Of a stretch of 64,000 nucleotides of DNA, positions 1 to 9,481 are shown one piece after another. Below the pieces are notes generated by a model, which worked only from the letters and a program-made list of their open reading frames with translations, had not been told where the DNA came from and ran no database searches. This DNA is from Thermoplasmata archaeon. Its GTDB lineage: Archaea; Thermoplasmatota; Thermoplasmata; Lutacidiplasmatales; UBA184. The position numbers and the translations under genes were made by a program. The number at the start of each line of letters is the position of its first letter. Position 1 is the stretch's first letter. The stretch covers positions 13,521 through 77,520 of the forward strand of contig JBEKJG010000009.1 of the NCBI GenBank assembly GCA_050011355.1, written 5' to 3'.

Positions 1-1
1 G

Positions 2-811
2 GTGCCGGTCGTCTTGCCGCGCGACCCCCCGCCGCTCTACAGCTGGGAGGTCATGCCCGGCCTTTACCCCTACCTTCCTACGCCCCGGGTCCCCCGATGG
101 AGGGCGAGTCGGGCGGCCGCCGGTGCCCTCGTGAACGTCGCGGTGATCGCGGCGGTCCTCGCGGCGATCCTGGGGTACTATGCGATCGCCGCGACCGCGC
201 CATCCAGTTACGCGGTCTCCGGGTCCGTCGAACTCCAGCCGAACTCCTCCAGCGCTCCCTACCCGGCGGTCGGGGCCGTGATCGTCGCGACCGATGAAGC
301 CGGTCATGACCACAACACGACGACCGATCTCGGAGGGAATTTCGAGCTGGGGGGGTTACCGACCGGAGGAATCTCCGTGAATGTCAGCTTCCCCGGATTC
401 GCGCCGCTGACGGTCGACATCTTCCTCTCGACCGTGTACTCCGCCGGCGCGGGAGCGATCGACGTCGTCCTCGATCCGGGGAGCGTCTCGAACGGCACCC
501 TCGGCTCGCTCACGCCGTTCGTGAATCTCGAGACGTTCGTCGCGGCGATGGGCGGGGCGGTCGTTCTTCTCGGGCTCGTCGCCATCATCGCGGGGGCCGC
601 CGCGATCCTCACCCTCCGCTCGGACCGCCCCGCGCTCGGCGTGGTCGGGGGCGGAGCCGGTCTGGTCGCCCCGCTCGCCCTGGTCTTCCTGGACGTCGGA
701 GACCCGTTCCCGATCCTGCTCGCCGCGAGCGCGATCCTCGCCGCGATCGGCGGGTTCGCCCTCGCGATCCGGGCCATCGAGATGGGAATGGTCGGGGCGG
801 CTCCGGACTGA
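2..811 (+). CDS. Membrane protein with carboxypeptidase-regulatory-like (CarboxypepD_reg) beta-sandwich domain. N-terminus uncertain: GTG at 2 touches the window edge, internal ATG at 53.
   Basis: ORF track 2..811. Hydrophobic anchor ALVNVAVIAAVLAAILGYY is followed by VIVATDEAGHDHNTTTDLGGNFELGGLPTGGISVNVSFPGFAPLTV, which resembles CarboxypepD_reg domains, then three C-terminal hydrophobic helices. Motif recognition only. Confidence 0.5.
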   Translation: MPVVLPRDPPPLYSWEVMPGLYPYLPTPRVPRWRASRAAAGALVNVAVIAAVLAAILGYYAIAATAPSSYAVSGSVELQPNSSSAPYPAVGAVIVATDEAGHDHNTTTDLGGNFELGGLPTGGISVNVSFPGFAPLTVDIFLSTVYSAGAGAIDVVLDPGSVSNGTLGSLTPFVNLETFVAAMGGAVVLLGLVAIIAGAAAILTLRSDRPALGVVGGGAGLVAPLALVFLDVGDPFPILLAASAILAAIGGFALAIRAIEMGMVGAAPD

Positions 812-863
812 CCTCACCCCCAACCGACAGGTTTAGCCGAGGCGGGTCCTGCCGGACCGGACC

Positions 864-1688
864 ATGGAGCTCCGGGTCGGTTGCTCGTCCTGGACCTCGG
901 ACGCCTGGACGGGTCGGGTCTACCCCAAGAACCTGCCGGACGGCGACCGACTCTCGGTCTACGCGAAGTTGTTCGACACGGTCGAGGTCGACTCGACCTA
1001 CTATCGCAGCCCCCCGGAAGGGATGGTGCTCGGGTGGCGGCGAAAGACGCCGCCCGGATTCCTGTTCACCCTCAAGTTCCCGCGCGACCTCCTGGACCCG
1101 AAGCGGCCGGTCGACCGGGAGAAGGTCGCGGCGTTCGTCGCCGTCGCCCGCCGGCTGAACGAGAAGCTCGGGGCGATCCTGCTCCAGTTCCCGCCGTGGG
1201 TCCGTCCCGGACGGGCCGAGGAGTTCCTCTCGAGCGTCCTCGACGCGCTCGACCCGGGACCGCGGTATGCGGTGGAATTGCGGGACGCGGGATGGTTCCA
1301 GGGCGAGACCCGGGAGCGGCTGGTCAAGGGCCTGACCGACCGGCGGGTGGCGCTCGCCTGGTCGTACCTCACCTACGTCGAAGTTCCCCCCGAACGGAGC
1401 GCCGATTTCGTCTACCTGCGGTTCATCGGGGACCACGACACGATCCCCGCCGACACCCACGGTGAGATCCGGGTGGACCGCTCCTCGGTGACGGCGCTCT
1501 GGGCGAGCCGGCTCCGGGACATCCACGACACGGCGCAGATGGCGTTCGTCCTGTTCAACAACCACTACGCCGGGTTCGCCCCGGCCTCGGTGAATGAGTT
1601 CCGGGCCGAGATGGGGCTTCCTCCGATCGACCCCGGCCGCTATGCCCGAGGGGCCCGTCGGCTCGACGCGGACGACGTGCCGGGCTAG
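864..1688 (+). CDS. DUF72 (YecE-like) family protein
   Basis: ATG at 864. LRVGCSSWTSDAWTGRVYP...LSVYAKLFDTVEVDSTYYRSP and the later VLFNNHYAGFAP block match the remembered DUF72 pattern (GTSGW..W.G.FYP ... F..VE.N.TFY ... FNN). Confidence 0.8.
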   Translation: MELRVGCSSWTSDAWTGRVYPKNLPDGDRLSVYAKLFDTVEVDSTYYRSPPEGMVLGWRRKTPPGFLFTLKFPRDLLDPKRPVDREKVAAFVAVARRLNEKLGAILLQFPPWVRPGRAEEFLSSVLDALDPGPRYAVELRDAGWFQGETRERLVKGLTDRRVALAWSYLTYVEVPPERSADFVYLRFIGDHDTIPADTHGEIRVDRSSVTALWASRLRDIHDTAQMAFVLFNNHYAGFAPASVNEFRAEMGLPPIDPGRYARGARRLDADDVPG

Positions 1689-2176
1689 CGCTGTCCCCGG
1701 GGGCCCGTGGCCGTCGCGGGGTGCGCTGCCGGGAGCGGGCGCCGGGATCGGAACCCGCCGGTAAGAGTGTGGTAATGGCCAACCTCCGGCTCCCCCCGAA
1801 GCCAGCAGAGGAAGACCACCTCGCCGCCGACATACCCGTAGAAGTCGACCAGCCCGGAGTCGACGTCCCGCAGCTCGATCGCCTCCCGGTGAAGGGAGCC
1901 GACCGCCTCTTCCAGGCGCTGGGTGAGGTTCCCCCATTCCGAGTCGAGCTGGTTCTTCCGCTCGTGGTCCGCGTGATCCGGGGCGTCGACCTCCTTGCCC
2001 CAGAACTCCTGGAGCCGGCGGAGCTCCGTGTGGACCTCGCCCAACCGGACCGTCCAGGCCCGGAGGCGCGGCAAGAGCTCCTCGAGCTCGGGGACGCGCG
2101 CGTTCGCTTCCTCGACAGTCCAGAGCCGCGGTGGGTTCACCTCGGAGGTGTCGGACGGGATGTCGGCGTGCGCCAT
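1685..2176 (-). CDS. DUF2203 family protein
   Basis: RLWTVEEANARVPELEELLPRL and ELRDVDSGLVDFYGYVGGEVVFLCWLRGEPEVGHYHTLTGGFRSRRPL match the DUF2203 signature. Its stop overlaps the convergent DUF72 stop by 4 nt. Confidence 0.7.
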   Translation of the reverse strand: MAHADIPSDTSEVNPPRLWTVEEANARVPELEELLPRLRAWTVRLGEVHTELRRLQEFWGKEVDAPDHADHERKNQLDSEWGNLTQRLEEAVGSLHREAIELRDVDSGLVDFYGYVGGEVVFLCWLRGEPEVGHYHTLTGGFRSRRPLPAAHPATATGPRGQR

Positions 2177-2200
2177 TGTCTAGGGAAGAGCCCGGTAGAG

Positions 2201-2206
2201 TATTTA
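2201..2206 (-). promoter_or_regulatory. TATA-like box (TAAATA on minus strand) about 27 nt upstream of the DUF2203 ATG; implies a leaderless mRNA
   Basis: Isolated A/T hexamer in a GC-rich spacer. The spacing matches the other units listed in the findings. Confidence 0.35.
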
Positions 2207-2360
2207 CCCACGTGATGAGGGCACGGTAACCGGGCCGAGGGGTCGCGCCGTCGACCCGGGACCGTTCCGTCGTCCGGAAACGGCCGCAGGGGCGAGCGTC
2301 CGGCCCGGGGTCGGCGCCAACCGTTAAACTGGCCCCACCCCTGCCCCGCCGAGGAGAACC

Positions 2361-3422
2361 GTGCAGGCAGTGGTGAAGACGCACCGGGGTCCCGGCGGCG
2401 AGGTCATGAAGGTTCCGGACCCGACGCCGGCCGAGGACGAGGTCCTCGTCCGGATACGCGCGTCCTCGATCTGCGGAACGGACGTCCACATCTGGAAATG
2501 GAACGAGTGGGCGCAGGAGCACATTCGCAAGGTCCCGATGATCTTCGGCCACGAGCTGAGCGGGGAGGTCATCCAGGTCGGCAAGCGCGTGCGGAGCCTC
2601 GCGGTGGGGGACCACGTCTCCGCGGAGACCCACATCGTCGACGGTACCTGTTACCAGTGCCGTACGGGCAAGATGCACATCTGCGCCAACGTCCAGGTCC
2701 TCGGGGTCGACCGGGACGGTATCTTCGCGGAGTACGCGGTACTGCCGGAGCTGAACGCGTGGAAGAACGACCCCAGCCTGGACCCGGCGATCGCCTCGAT
2801 CCAGGAGCCGCTCGGCAACGCGGTCCATTCGCTCCTTCCCGAGGACAACATCGAAGACATCGCCGGTAAGTCCGTTCTCATCACCGGCTGCGGGCCGATC
2901 GGCCTGCTCGCGATCGCGGTCGCGAAGATGCTCGGCGCGGAGAAGGTCATCGCGACGGAGGTCAATCGCGTGCGATCCGACCTCGCGCGCAAGATGGGTG
3001 CCGACCTGGTCCTCAACCCGGTCGAGCAGGGCGAACGGATGGTCGCGACGATCAAGGAGGCGACGTACGGACGGGGGGTCGACGTCGCGTGCGAGATGTC
3101 CGGTCATCCGAGCGGCTTCTCCCTCGTGTTCGACGCCCTGACCCCCGGCGGGCGCGTCTCGCTCCTGGGACTTCTCGACCGCCCGACCACGATCGACGTG
3201 GACGCCGCGCTGATCTGGCGGGCCGCGCGGGTCCACGGGATCTTTGGCCGCCGGATGTTCGAGACCTGGTTCCAGGTCAAGGGGCTCCTCACCGTGCCGG
3301 CGTTCCGCGAGAAGGTGGGCCAGATCATCACGCACCGAGTACCGATCCCCGAGCTCGCGCGCGCCATGGAACTCATCGAGTCCACGCAGGCCGCGAAGGT
3401 CTCGCTCGAAGCGAGGTGGTGA
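2361..3422 (+). CDS. tdh: L-threonine 3-dehydrogenase (zinc-dependent MDR family)
   Basis: GTG 2361 is preceded by GAGGAG. Motifs seen: FGHELSGEVIQVG (catalytic Zn), CYQCRTGKMHIC (structural Zn Cys cluster), ITGCGPIGLL (Rossmann). kbl follows 4 nt later, the classic tdh-kbl pair. Confidence 0.85.
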   Translation: MQAVVKTHRGPGGEVMKVPDPTPAEDEVLVRIRASSICGTDVHIWKWNEWAQEHIRKVPMIFGHELSGEVIQVGKRVRSLAVGDHVSAETHIVDGTCYQCRTGKMHICANVQVLGVDRDGIFAEYAVLPELNAWKNDPSLDPAIASIQEPLGNAVHSLLPEDNIEDIAGKSVLITGCGPIGLLAIAVAKMLGAEKVIATEVNRVRSDLARKMGADLVLNPVEQGERMVATIKEATYGRGVDVACEMSGHPSGFSLVFDALTPGGRVSLLGLLDRPTTIDVDAALIWRAARVHGIFGRRMFETWFQVKGLLTVPAFREKVGQIITHRVPIPELARAMELIESTQAAKVSLEARW

Positions 3423-3426
3423 GCCG

Positions 3427-4623
3427 ATGACGCGCAACCCCGACGGGTTCCTGCGCGAGGAGGTCGAGACCCTCGTCGCCGCCGAGCTCGACTGGAAGCT
3501 CCGGGTCCTGGGCGGCCCGAGCACCCCGTGGTGCACGATCGACGGGAAGAAGGTCCTCATGTTCTGCTCGAACAACTACCTCGGACTCTCCAACCACCCG
3601 CGGCTGAAGGAGGCCGCCATCGAGGCGATCCGGACGCACGGGGTCGGTTCTGGCTCGGTGCGGCCCATCGCCGGCACCATGGACCTCCACGTGGAGCTCG
3701 AGACCCGCCTGGCCCGGTTCAAAGGCGCCGAGGCGTCCCTCGTCTACCAGAGCGGGTTTGCGACCAACTCCGGCCTCATCCCCCAGCTGGTGGGCGAAGG
3801 CGACCTCGTCATCAGCGACGAGCTGAACCACGGCAGCATCATCGACGGCGTCCGCCTCTCCCGCGCCGAGCGGGGCGTCTACAAGCACGCCGATACCGCC
3901 GACCTCGCCCGCGTCCTGGCCGAGGCCGAGCACCACACTCCCGCCTATCGACGGATCCTCATCATCACCGACGGGGTGTTCTCGATGGACGGGGACATCG
4001 CGCCGCTCGACCGGATCGCGGCCCTCGGGGCCGAACACGGGGCGATGGTCTACGTCGACGACGCCCACGGAGAGGGGGTCCTCGGCGAAGGAGGGCGTGG
4101 CATCGTCTCCCACTTCCACCTCGGGCGGGACCAGGTCCACGTCGAGATGGGCACGTTCTCCAAGGCGTTCGGGGTCGTCGGCGGGCACATCTCCGGCTCC
4201 CGCGACCTCCGCACGTTCGCGTTCAACAAGTCCCGTACTTGGTTGCTCAGCGGCTCGCATCCGCCCGCCGTCACGGCGGCGTGCATCGCCGCGCTGGATG
4301 TCCTCGAGCACGAGCCGGAGCACGTCGAGCGGCTCTGGCGCCACACGCGCCGGTTCAAGGCCGCGATGCACGACCTCGGCTTCGATACCGGAAAGAGCGC
4401 AACGCCGATCACGCCCGTGATCGTCGGGGACAGCGTCCGGGCGCGGAAGATGAGCGACCGGCTGTTCGAGCTCGGCGTCTTCGCCCTCCCGATCGTCTTC
4501 CCGATGGTCGCGAAGGACCGGGCCCGCCTCCGCACGATCATGAACGCGGCGCTCACGGACGACGATGTCTCGTTCGCGATCGACGCCTTCTCGAAGACCG
4601 GCCGAGAGCTCGGGATCATCTAG
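3427..4623 (+). CDS. kbl: 2-amino-3-ketobutyrate CoA ligase (glycine C-acetyltransferase)
   Basis: ATG 3427 lies inside track ORF 3244..4623; the upstream 61 codons are an R/S/P shadow overlapping tdh. Motifs: FCSNNYLGLSNHPRL, DDAHGEGVLG, and the PLP-lysine block GTFSKAFG of the AONS/Kbl family. Confidence 0.85.
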   Translation: MTRNPDGFLREEVETLVAAELDWKLRVLGGPSTPWCTIDGKKVLMFCSNNYLGLSNHPRLKEAAIEAIRTHGVGSGSVRPIAGTMDLHVELETRLARFKGAEASLVYQSGFATNSGLIPQLVGEGDLVISDELNHGSIIDGVRLSRAERGVYKHADTADLARVLAEAEHHTPAYRRILIITDGVFSMDGDIAPLDRIAALGAEHGAMVYVDDAHGEGVLGEGGRGIVSHFHLGRDQVHVEMGTFSKAFGVVGGHISGSRDLRTFAFNKSRTWLLSGSHPPAVTAACIAALDVLEHEPEHVERLWRHTRRFKAAMHDLGFDTGKSATPITPVIVGDSVRARKMSDRLFELGVFALPIVFPMVAKDRARLRTIMNAALTDDDVSFAIDAFSKTGRELGII

Positions 4624-4771
4624 TCACGGGGTGCTCGCGAGTCCGACCGGCTCTGCGCGGGAGTTGGGCCGCCGCTCTACGCGCGCGTTCAGGGCGGGCG
4701 CCTCCGACGCCGCGCTCCACCCCGAGCCCGACCGCGACTCCGGCGAGGATTCGTTGTTTTCGTAGGTGGGG

Positions 4772-4778
4772 TTATATA
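4772..4778 (+). promoter_or_regulatory. TATA box (TTATATA) for the ribosomal-protein superoperon
   Basis: The only A/T-rich heptamer in the 205-nt spacer, 51 nt upstream of the rpl3 ATG (4829). A T-rich tract (TTGTTTT, 4754-4760) just upstream could terminate kbl. Confidence 0.5.
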
Positions 4779-4828
4779 GGGTACCTTTCTCCCCCGCCCC
4801 CGCTGGAGGCAGGACCCCCTATCGACCC

Positions 4829-5827
4829 ATGGCACGTCATCGTCCGCGGCGAGGTTCTCTCGCCTTTTCACCGCGTTCCCGTTCGATCCGTCCGGTCCCC
4901 CGGATCCGTTCCTGGGCGCCCGGCCCGAAGCAGCCCGCCCTCGAGGGGTTCGCGGGCTTCAAGGTCGGGATGACCCACGCCTTCATGGTCGATTACCGAA
5001 AGCGCTCGACGACCGCCGGCCAGGAGGTCTCGGTGCCGGTCACCGTCATCGAGGTGCCGCCCCTCCGCGCCGCCGGCGCGCGGGTCTACGCGAGCACACC
5101 GTACGGACGCCACGTGGTCTCGGAGGTGTGGGGTGGAGGGCTCATTGACGAGCTCGACCGCCGGATCCCGACCCATCCGGAGAGCGGGGCGGAAGCCTTG
5201 GAGTCGTTCGGCGCGGCGACCGGGGATGAGGTTCGACTGATCGTCTACACCCAGCCGCATCTGCTGACGGGGATGGGGTCGAAGACCCCCTCGTTGTTCG
5301 AGATCCGCATCTCGGGAGAGAAGTTCGAGGAACGGCGCGCCTTCGCGCTCGCGTCACTGGGGAAGGAGATCCCGGCCGAGGAGCTCACGAAGGAGGGCGA
5401 GTTCGTCGATGTCCTCGGGGTCACGAAGGGGTTCGGGTTCCAGGGCCACATCCAGCGCTGGGGCGTGAAGCTTCAGCCGCGGAAGAATTCGAAGCACCGA
5501 CGGATGATCGGTACGCTCGGCCCGCACAACCCGAGTTTTGTCACCTACCGCATTCCCCAGGCGGGCCAGCAGGGCTATCACCGCCGTACCCAGTTCAACA
5601 TGCGCGTCCTCCGGGTCGTCCGCGACCCGCGCGCCGACCCGATCACCCCCGCCGGCGGCTTCCCGCACTACGGCGAGGTTCGCACCACCTGCATCCTTCT
5701 CCACGGATCCGTACCGGGACCGGCGAAACGCCTCCTCCGGTTCCGAACCCCGCTCCGCAGCCGCATCGCGAGCGTCGAGAAGGTCGACATCCGCTACCTC
5801 AGCACGCGGTCGAAGCAGGGGGCCTGA
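4829..5827 (+). CDS. rpl3: 50S ribosomal protein uL3
   Basis: MARHRPRRGSLAFSPR...FAGFKVGMTHAF is a typical archaeal L3 N-terminus. ATG 4829 lies inside track ORF 4766..5827. First gene of the conserved order. Confidence 0.93.
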   Translation: MARHRPRRGSLAFSPRSRSIRPVPRIRSWAPGPKQPALEGFAGFKVGMTHAFMVDYRKRSTTAGQEVSVPVTVIEVPPLRAAGARVYASTPYGRHVVSEVWGGGLIDELDRRIPTHPESGAEALESFGAATGDEVRLIVYTQPHLLTGMGSKTPSLFEIRISGEKFEERRAFALASLGKEIPAEELTKEGEFVDVLGVTKGFGFQGHIQRWGVKLQPRKNSKHRRMIGTLGPHNPSFVTYRIPQAGQQGYHRRTQFNMRVLRVVRDPRADPITPAGGFPHYGEVRTTCILLHGSVPGPAKRLLRFRTPLRSRIASVEKVDIRYLSTRSKQGA

Positions 5828-6660
5828 TGACGAGCTCCAGCCCGACCGAGGAGTCCGCGCCGGTCGAGCACGCCACCGCGCACCACCGGGTCCACCTGGT
5901 CGGCCTTGACGGCAAGGCCGGGACCCACCAGGTCACCCTGCCTCTCGCGTTCTCCCAGGCCGTGCGTCCCGACCTGATCCGGCGCGCGGTCGTCGCCGCC
6001 CAGTCCCATCGCCGCCAACCGTACGGCACCTCGCTCACGGCGGGCCTGCGCCACTCGACCCGGTGGTCCGGGAAGGGCAAGGGCGTCTCGCGTACCCCGC
6101 GACTCATGGACTCGATGCGCGGGGCCCAGGCGCCGAACACCGTCGGCGGTCGGCCGGCCCACCCTCCCCGCGTGGACCGCATCTGGACCAAGAAGATCAA
6201 CCGGAAGGAGTCGCGCCTCGCGTTCGCCTCCGCCCTCGCCGCGACCCGCGAGGTCGAGCTCGTCTCCGCCCGCGGCCACGACCTCCCCGACGGACTGCAT
6301 CTCCCCCTCGTCCTCGAGGACCCCGTCGAGAACATCCTGACCACGAAGGAGGCCCGGGCCCTGCTCGTCCGCCTCAAGCTCTGGTCGGACGTCGAGCGGG
6401 CCCACGACGGGACCCGGCTCAACTCGGGCCGCGCCCGCCGACGGGGCCGCGGACGCCGGGTGCCGCGCAGCGTGCTCGTCGTGACGAGCCAGCCGAACCG
6501 CGCGCTCGGGTTCCGCAACCTCTCCGGGGTCGAGGTCGTCACCGCCCAGCGGCTCGCGACCGAGGACCTCGCCCCCGGCGGCGACCCCGCGCGCCTCACG
6601 CTCTACTCGCACGCCGCGCTCGAGAGCCTGCGGACCCGGCTCAAGGAGGCGACCGCATGA
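5827..6660 (+). CDS. rpl4: 50S ribosomal protein uL4
   Basis: ATGA overlap with the rpl3 stop. RRQPYGTSLTAGLRHSTRWSGKGKGVSRTPR is the L4 loop motif. Conserved position. Confidence 0.93.
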   Translation: MTSSSPTEESAPVEHATAHHRVHLVGLDGKAGTHQVTLPLAFSQAVRPDLIRRAVVAAQSHRRQPYGTSLTAGLRHSTRWSGKGKGVSRTPRLMDSMRGAQAPNTVGGRPAHPPRVDRIWTKKINRKESRLAFASALAATREVELVSARGHDLPDGLHLPLVLEDPVENILTTKEARALLVRLKLWSDVERAHDGTRLNSGRARRRGRGRRVPRSVLVVTSQPNRALGFRNLSGVEVVTAQRLATEDLAPGGDPARLTLYSHAALESLRTRLKEATA

Positions 6661-6920
6661 CGCAGCTCCGCCACCGCATCATTCTCCACGCGTACGTCAC
6701 CGAGAAGTCGATGGACGAGATGGAGCGCCTCAACAAGCTCGAGTTCGTCGTCGACTCCCGGGCCAACCGCGCCGAGATCCGGCGGGCCGTCGAGGAGACC
6801 TATCAGTGCAAGGTCCAGAAGGTGAACGTGAAGATCGTGCGCGCCGGCAAGATCGCGACCGTCCGCTTCACCAAGGATTACTCGGCCGAGGACATCGGCA
6901 GCCGGGCAGGAGTGTTCTGA
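6657..6920 (+). CDS. rpl23: 50S ribosomal protein uL23
   Basis: ATG 6657 (ATGA overlap with rpl4), 87 aa, ILHAYVTEKSMDEMERLNKLEFVVD. Lies inside shadow-extended track ORF 6063..6920. Confidence 0.92.
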   Translation: MTQLRHRIILHAYVTEKSMDEMERLNKLEFVVDSRANRAEIRRAVEETYQCKVQKVNVKIVRAGKIATVRFTKDYSAEDIGSRAGVF

Positions 6921-6921
6921 G

Positions 6922-7650
6922 ATGGGAAAGCGCATCATCTCCCGGCGGAGGGGTTCCGGCACCCCGACGTACCGCTCGCCGAGCCACCGCCACCACGGCC
7001 CAATCTACCACCCGTCCGCCTCCCTCGTGGGCGACGGGAAGGTCATCTCGATCGAGATGGCGCCCGGCCGCTCGGCGCCCATCGCCGAGGTCACGGGACC
7101 GGACGGCTCGACCGTCCGCATGCTCGCCTCGGCCGGCCTCGCCACCGGCGACACCGTCGCGTTCCATGAGGGCAAGGTCGACCGCGGTGCGATCCTCCCG
7201 CTCTCCCGCATCCCCGACGGGACGCTGGTCTCCAACATCGAGGTCAAGCCGTTCGACGGGGGCCGCCTGGTGCGGGCCGCCGGCGGCAGCGCGCTCGTCA
7301 CCGCCCACTCGGCCGGCGAGGTCACCATCCAGCTCCCCTCGGGGGACTTCAAGCGCTTTCTCGAGACCTGCCGCGCCCAGGTCGGCGCGGTCGGCGGCAG
7401 CGGACGCCTCGAGCGCCCGATCATCAAGGCCGGCAAGAAGTTCTGGATGACCCGCTCGCTCGCGCGCGCTCCGCTCAAGGTGCGGGGCGTCGCGATGAAC
7501 CCGGTGAACCACCCGTTCGGTGGAGGCGCCCACCAGCACGTCGGCCGCCCGAGCACCGTGTCCAGCGGCACCTGGCCCGGCGCCAAGGTCGGACGGTTCT
7601 CGCGCTCGATCCGAAAGAAACGCCGAAAGGACCGCGAGAAGAGGACCTAG
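6922..7650 (+). CDS. rpl2: 50S ribosomal protein uL2
   Basis: MGKRIISRRRGSGTPTYRSPSHR and GVAMNPVNHPFGGG are hallmark L2 motifs. Confidence 0.95.
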   Translation: MGKRIISRRRGSGTPTYRSPSHRHHGPIYHPSASLVGDGKVISIEMAPGRSAPIAEVTGPDGSTVRMLASAGLATGDTVAFHEGKVDRGAILPLSRIPDGTLVSNIEVKPFDGGRLVRAAGGSALVTAHSAGEVTIQLPSGDFKRFLETCRAQVGAVGGSGRLERPIIKAGKKFWMTRSLARAPLKVRGVAMNPVNHPFGGGAHQHVGRPSTVSSGTWPGAKVGRFSRSIRKKRRKDREKRT

Positions 7651-7654
7651 GACG

Positions 7655-8080
7655 ATGCCGAAGGGACGGAAGCCGAAGAAGGTCGAGGCCCGCCGGAAGC
7701 GGGAGTTCACCTACCGTGGTCTCACGCTGCCCGAGCTGCAGAAGCTCTCGCTCGAGGAGTTCGCCAAGGTCGCGGGCGCCCGCGCCCGTCGTTCGATCCG
7801 CCGCGGGTTCAACGTCGAGACGAACCACTTCTACGAGCGGATGCGCAGCACGCCGGCCGACAAGGTCGTGCGGACGCACTGCCGCGATGCCCTCGTCCTC
7901 CCCGAGCACGTGGCCCGCCGGGTGGCGATCCACACCGGGAAGGAGTTCAAGGAGGTCGAGGTGCGGCCCGAGATGGTCGGCCACTACTTCGGCGAGTTCG
8001 CCCTCACCCGCCGGTTCGAGAAGCACTCGGGCCCGGGGGTTGGCGCCACGCGGTCGTCGAAGTTCATGCCGCTCAAGTGA
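7655..8080 (+). CDS. rps19: 30S ribosomal protein uS19
   Basis: ATG 7655 inside track ORF 7520..8080. Motifs: FTYRGLTLPELQKLSLEEF and VAIHTGKEFKEVEVRPEMVGHYFGEFALTR. Confidence 0.93.
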   Translation: MPKGRKPKKVEARRKREFTYRGLTLPELQKLSLEEFAKVAGARARRSIRRGFNVETNHFYERMRSTPADKVVRTHCRDALVLPEHVARRVAIHTGKEFKEVEVRPEMVGHYFGEFALTRRFEKHSGPGVGATRSSKFMPLK

Positions 8081-8093
8081 GGTTCACGATCCG

Positions 8094-8552
8094 ATGCGAG
8101 GCTACACGTACCAGGGCGAGGCGGGCACGAACGTCGCCCGGGCCCGGGGGATCGAGATCCCGATGTCGCCGAAGAAGACCTACGAGGTCCTGAACGCGAT
8201 CCGCGGGATGCCGCTGGAGCGCGCCGAGACGTTCCTCGAGGAGGTCGTCGAGCTGAAGCGGGCCGTTCCGTTCCGCCGCTACAACCAGGAGGTCGCGCAC
8301 AAGAAGCGGATCGGTCCGGGTCGATACCCGAAGAAGGTCGCGAGCCAGGTCCTCCAGGTGCTCCACAATGCCCGCGAGAACGCGGAGTACGAGGGGCTCG
8401 ACTCCGACCTGCTCTACGTCAAGATCGCCGCCAGCGCCCGCGGCCGCATCCGCAAGGCGTCGATGCCCCGCGCCCACGGCCGCGCCACCCCGTGGAACGA
8501 GCAGACCACCAACGTCGAGATCGTGCTCGTCGAGCGGAAGGAGAAGGAATGA
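8094..8552 (+). CDS. rpl22: 50S ribosomal protein uL22
   Basis: ATG 8094 inside track ORF 7716..8552. Motifs: ARARGIEIPMSPKKTYEVLNAIRGM and SMPRAHGRATPWNEQTTNVEIVL. Confidence 0.92.
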   Translation: MRGYTYQGEAGTNVARARGIEIPMSPKKTYEVLNAIRGMPLERAETFLEEVVELKRAVPFRRYNQEVAHKKRIGPGRYPKKVASQVLQVLHNARENAEYEGLDSDLLYVKIAASARGRIRKASMPRAHGRATPWNEQTTNVEIVLVERKEKE

Positions 8553-9241
8553 GCGCGGAACGCAAGGTCATCCAGGAGGCGACGCGTCGCGTCCTGCTCA
8601 AGGACTTCCTCGTCCAGGAGAGCGCCCGGGCCGGCTTCGGTGGGCTCGAGATCACCCGGACCCCGATGGGGACCCGCGTCACGCTCGTGTGCGAGCGCCC
8701 CGGCATCCTGATCGGGCACCGCGGCGAGCTCATCAAGCGCCTGACCGAGGACATCCACGAGCGGTTCCAGCTCGACAACCCCCAGATCGAGGTCCAGGAG
8801 GAGCGCGCACCGAGCCTCAACGCCCAGCTCATGAGCGAGAAGCTCGCCTCGACCCTCGAGCGCGGCTGGCACTTCCGCCGCGCCGGCCACTCGACCGTCC
8901 GCCGCATCATGGAGGCGGGGGCCCGTGGGACCCAGGTCATCCTCTCGGGCAAGCTCACCGGGGAGCGCCACCGGACCGAGCGGTTCAAGGCGGGAACGAT
9001 CAAGTACTGTGGCGAAGCCGTCCACCTTTGGGTGGACAAGGGATTCTACCAGGCCCGTCTGAAGCCCGGCGTCATCGGGGTCAGCGTCTGGATCATGCGC
9101 GCCAACTCCAAGCTCCCCGACGAGATCGTCGTGAAGGGCGTGGAGACCCGGGCGGTCCTGCCGCCCGTGGAACTGCCGCCGATCGAGGAAATCCCCGGTG
9201 TGCCCCCCGTGGACGGCGCCGTCCCGCCCGAGGCGTTGTGA
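8549..9241 (+). CDS. rps3: 30S ribosomal protein uS3
   Basis: ATG 8549 (ATGA overlap with rpl22). KH-domain block LEITRTPMGTRVTLVCERPGILIGHRGELIKRL. Confidence 0.93.
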   Translation: MSAERKVIQEATRRVLLKDFLVQESARAGFGGLEITRTPMGTRVTLVCERPGILIGHRGELIKRLTEDIHERFQLDNPQIEVQEERAPSLNAQLMSEKLASTLERGWHFRRAGHSTVRRIMEAGARGTQVILSGKLTGERHRTERFKAGTIKYCGEAVHLWVDKGFYQARLKPGVIGVSVWIMRANSKLPDEIVVKGVETRAVLPPVELPPIEEIPGVPPVDGAVPPEAL

Positions 9242-9252
9242 CGCTCGCACGG

Positions 9253-9462
9253 ATGAAGGACCTTCGGGCCCTCTCCGACGACGACCTCCGTCGCCGCATC
9301 GCCGACGTCGAGAACGACCTCCTGCGCGAGCGCGGCATCGCCGCGATGGGCGGTGCGCCGCCGAGCCCGGGCCGCATGCGGGCCCTCCGCACCAACGTGG
9401 CGCGATCGCTGACCGTCCTGCGCGAGCGCGAGCTCGCGGCCCGGAGCGCCGGCCCGGCGTAG
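9253..9462 (+). CDS. rpl29: 50S ribosomal protein uL29
   Basis: MKDLRALSDDDLRRRIADVENDLLRERG. An alternative GTG at 9238 overlaps the rps3 stop. Confidence 0.85.
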   Translation: MKDLRALSDDDLRRRIADVENDLLRERGIAAMGGAPPSPGRMRALRTNVARSLTVLRERELAARSAGPA

Positions 9463-9481
9463 GGGGGCCGAGAGTGGACCG

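Noticed and set aside
2212-2218. C-box-like GTGATGA in the DUF2203/tdh spacer; considered as a C/D-box sRNA
   Set aside because: No CTGA D or D' box and no second C' box within the next ~80 nt on either strand.
609-3575. 988-aa minus-strand ORF spanning DUF72, DUF2203 and tdh. Similar giant ORFs: 20056..23637 (1193 aa), 20292..24497 (1401 aa), 36620..39439 (939 aa), 39519..41933 (804 aa), 43039..45450 (803 aa), 27946..29394, 33888..35420, 55097..56071 and many shorter ones.
   Set aside because: All are extremely R/G/P/A/D/E-rich with no recognisable motifs. They lie antisense to or out of frame with genes that have clear family signatures. Long stop-free shadow frames are expected at ~70% GC.
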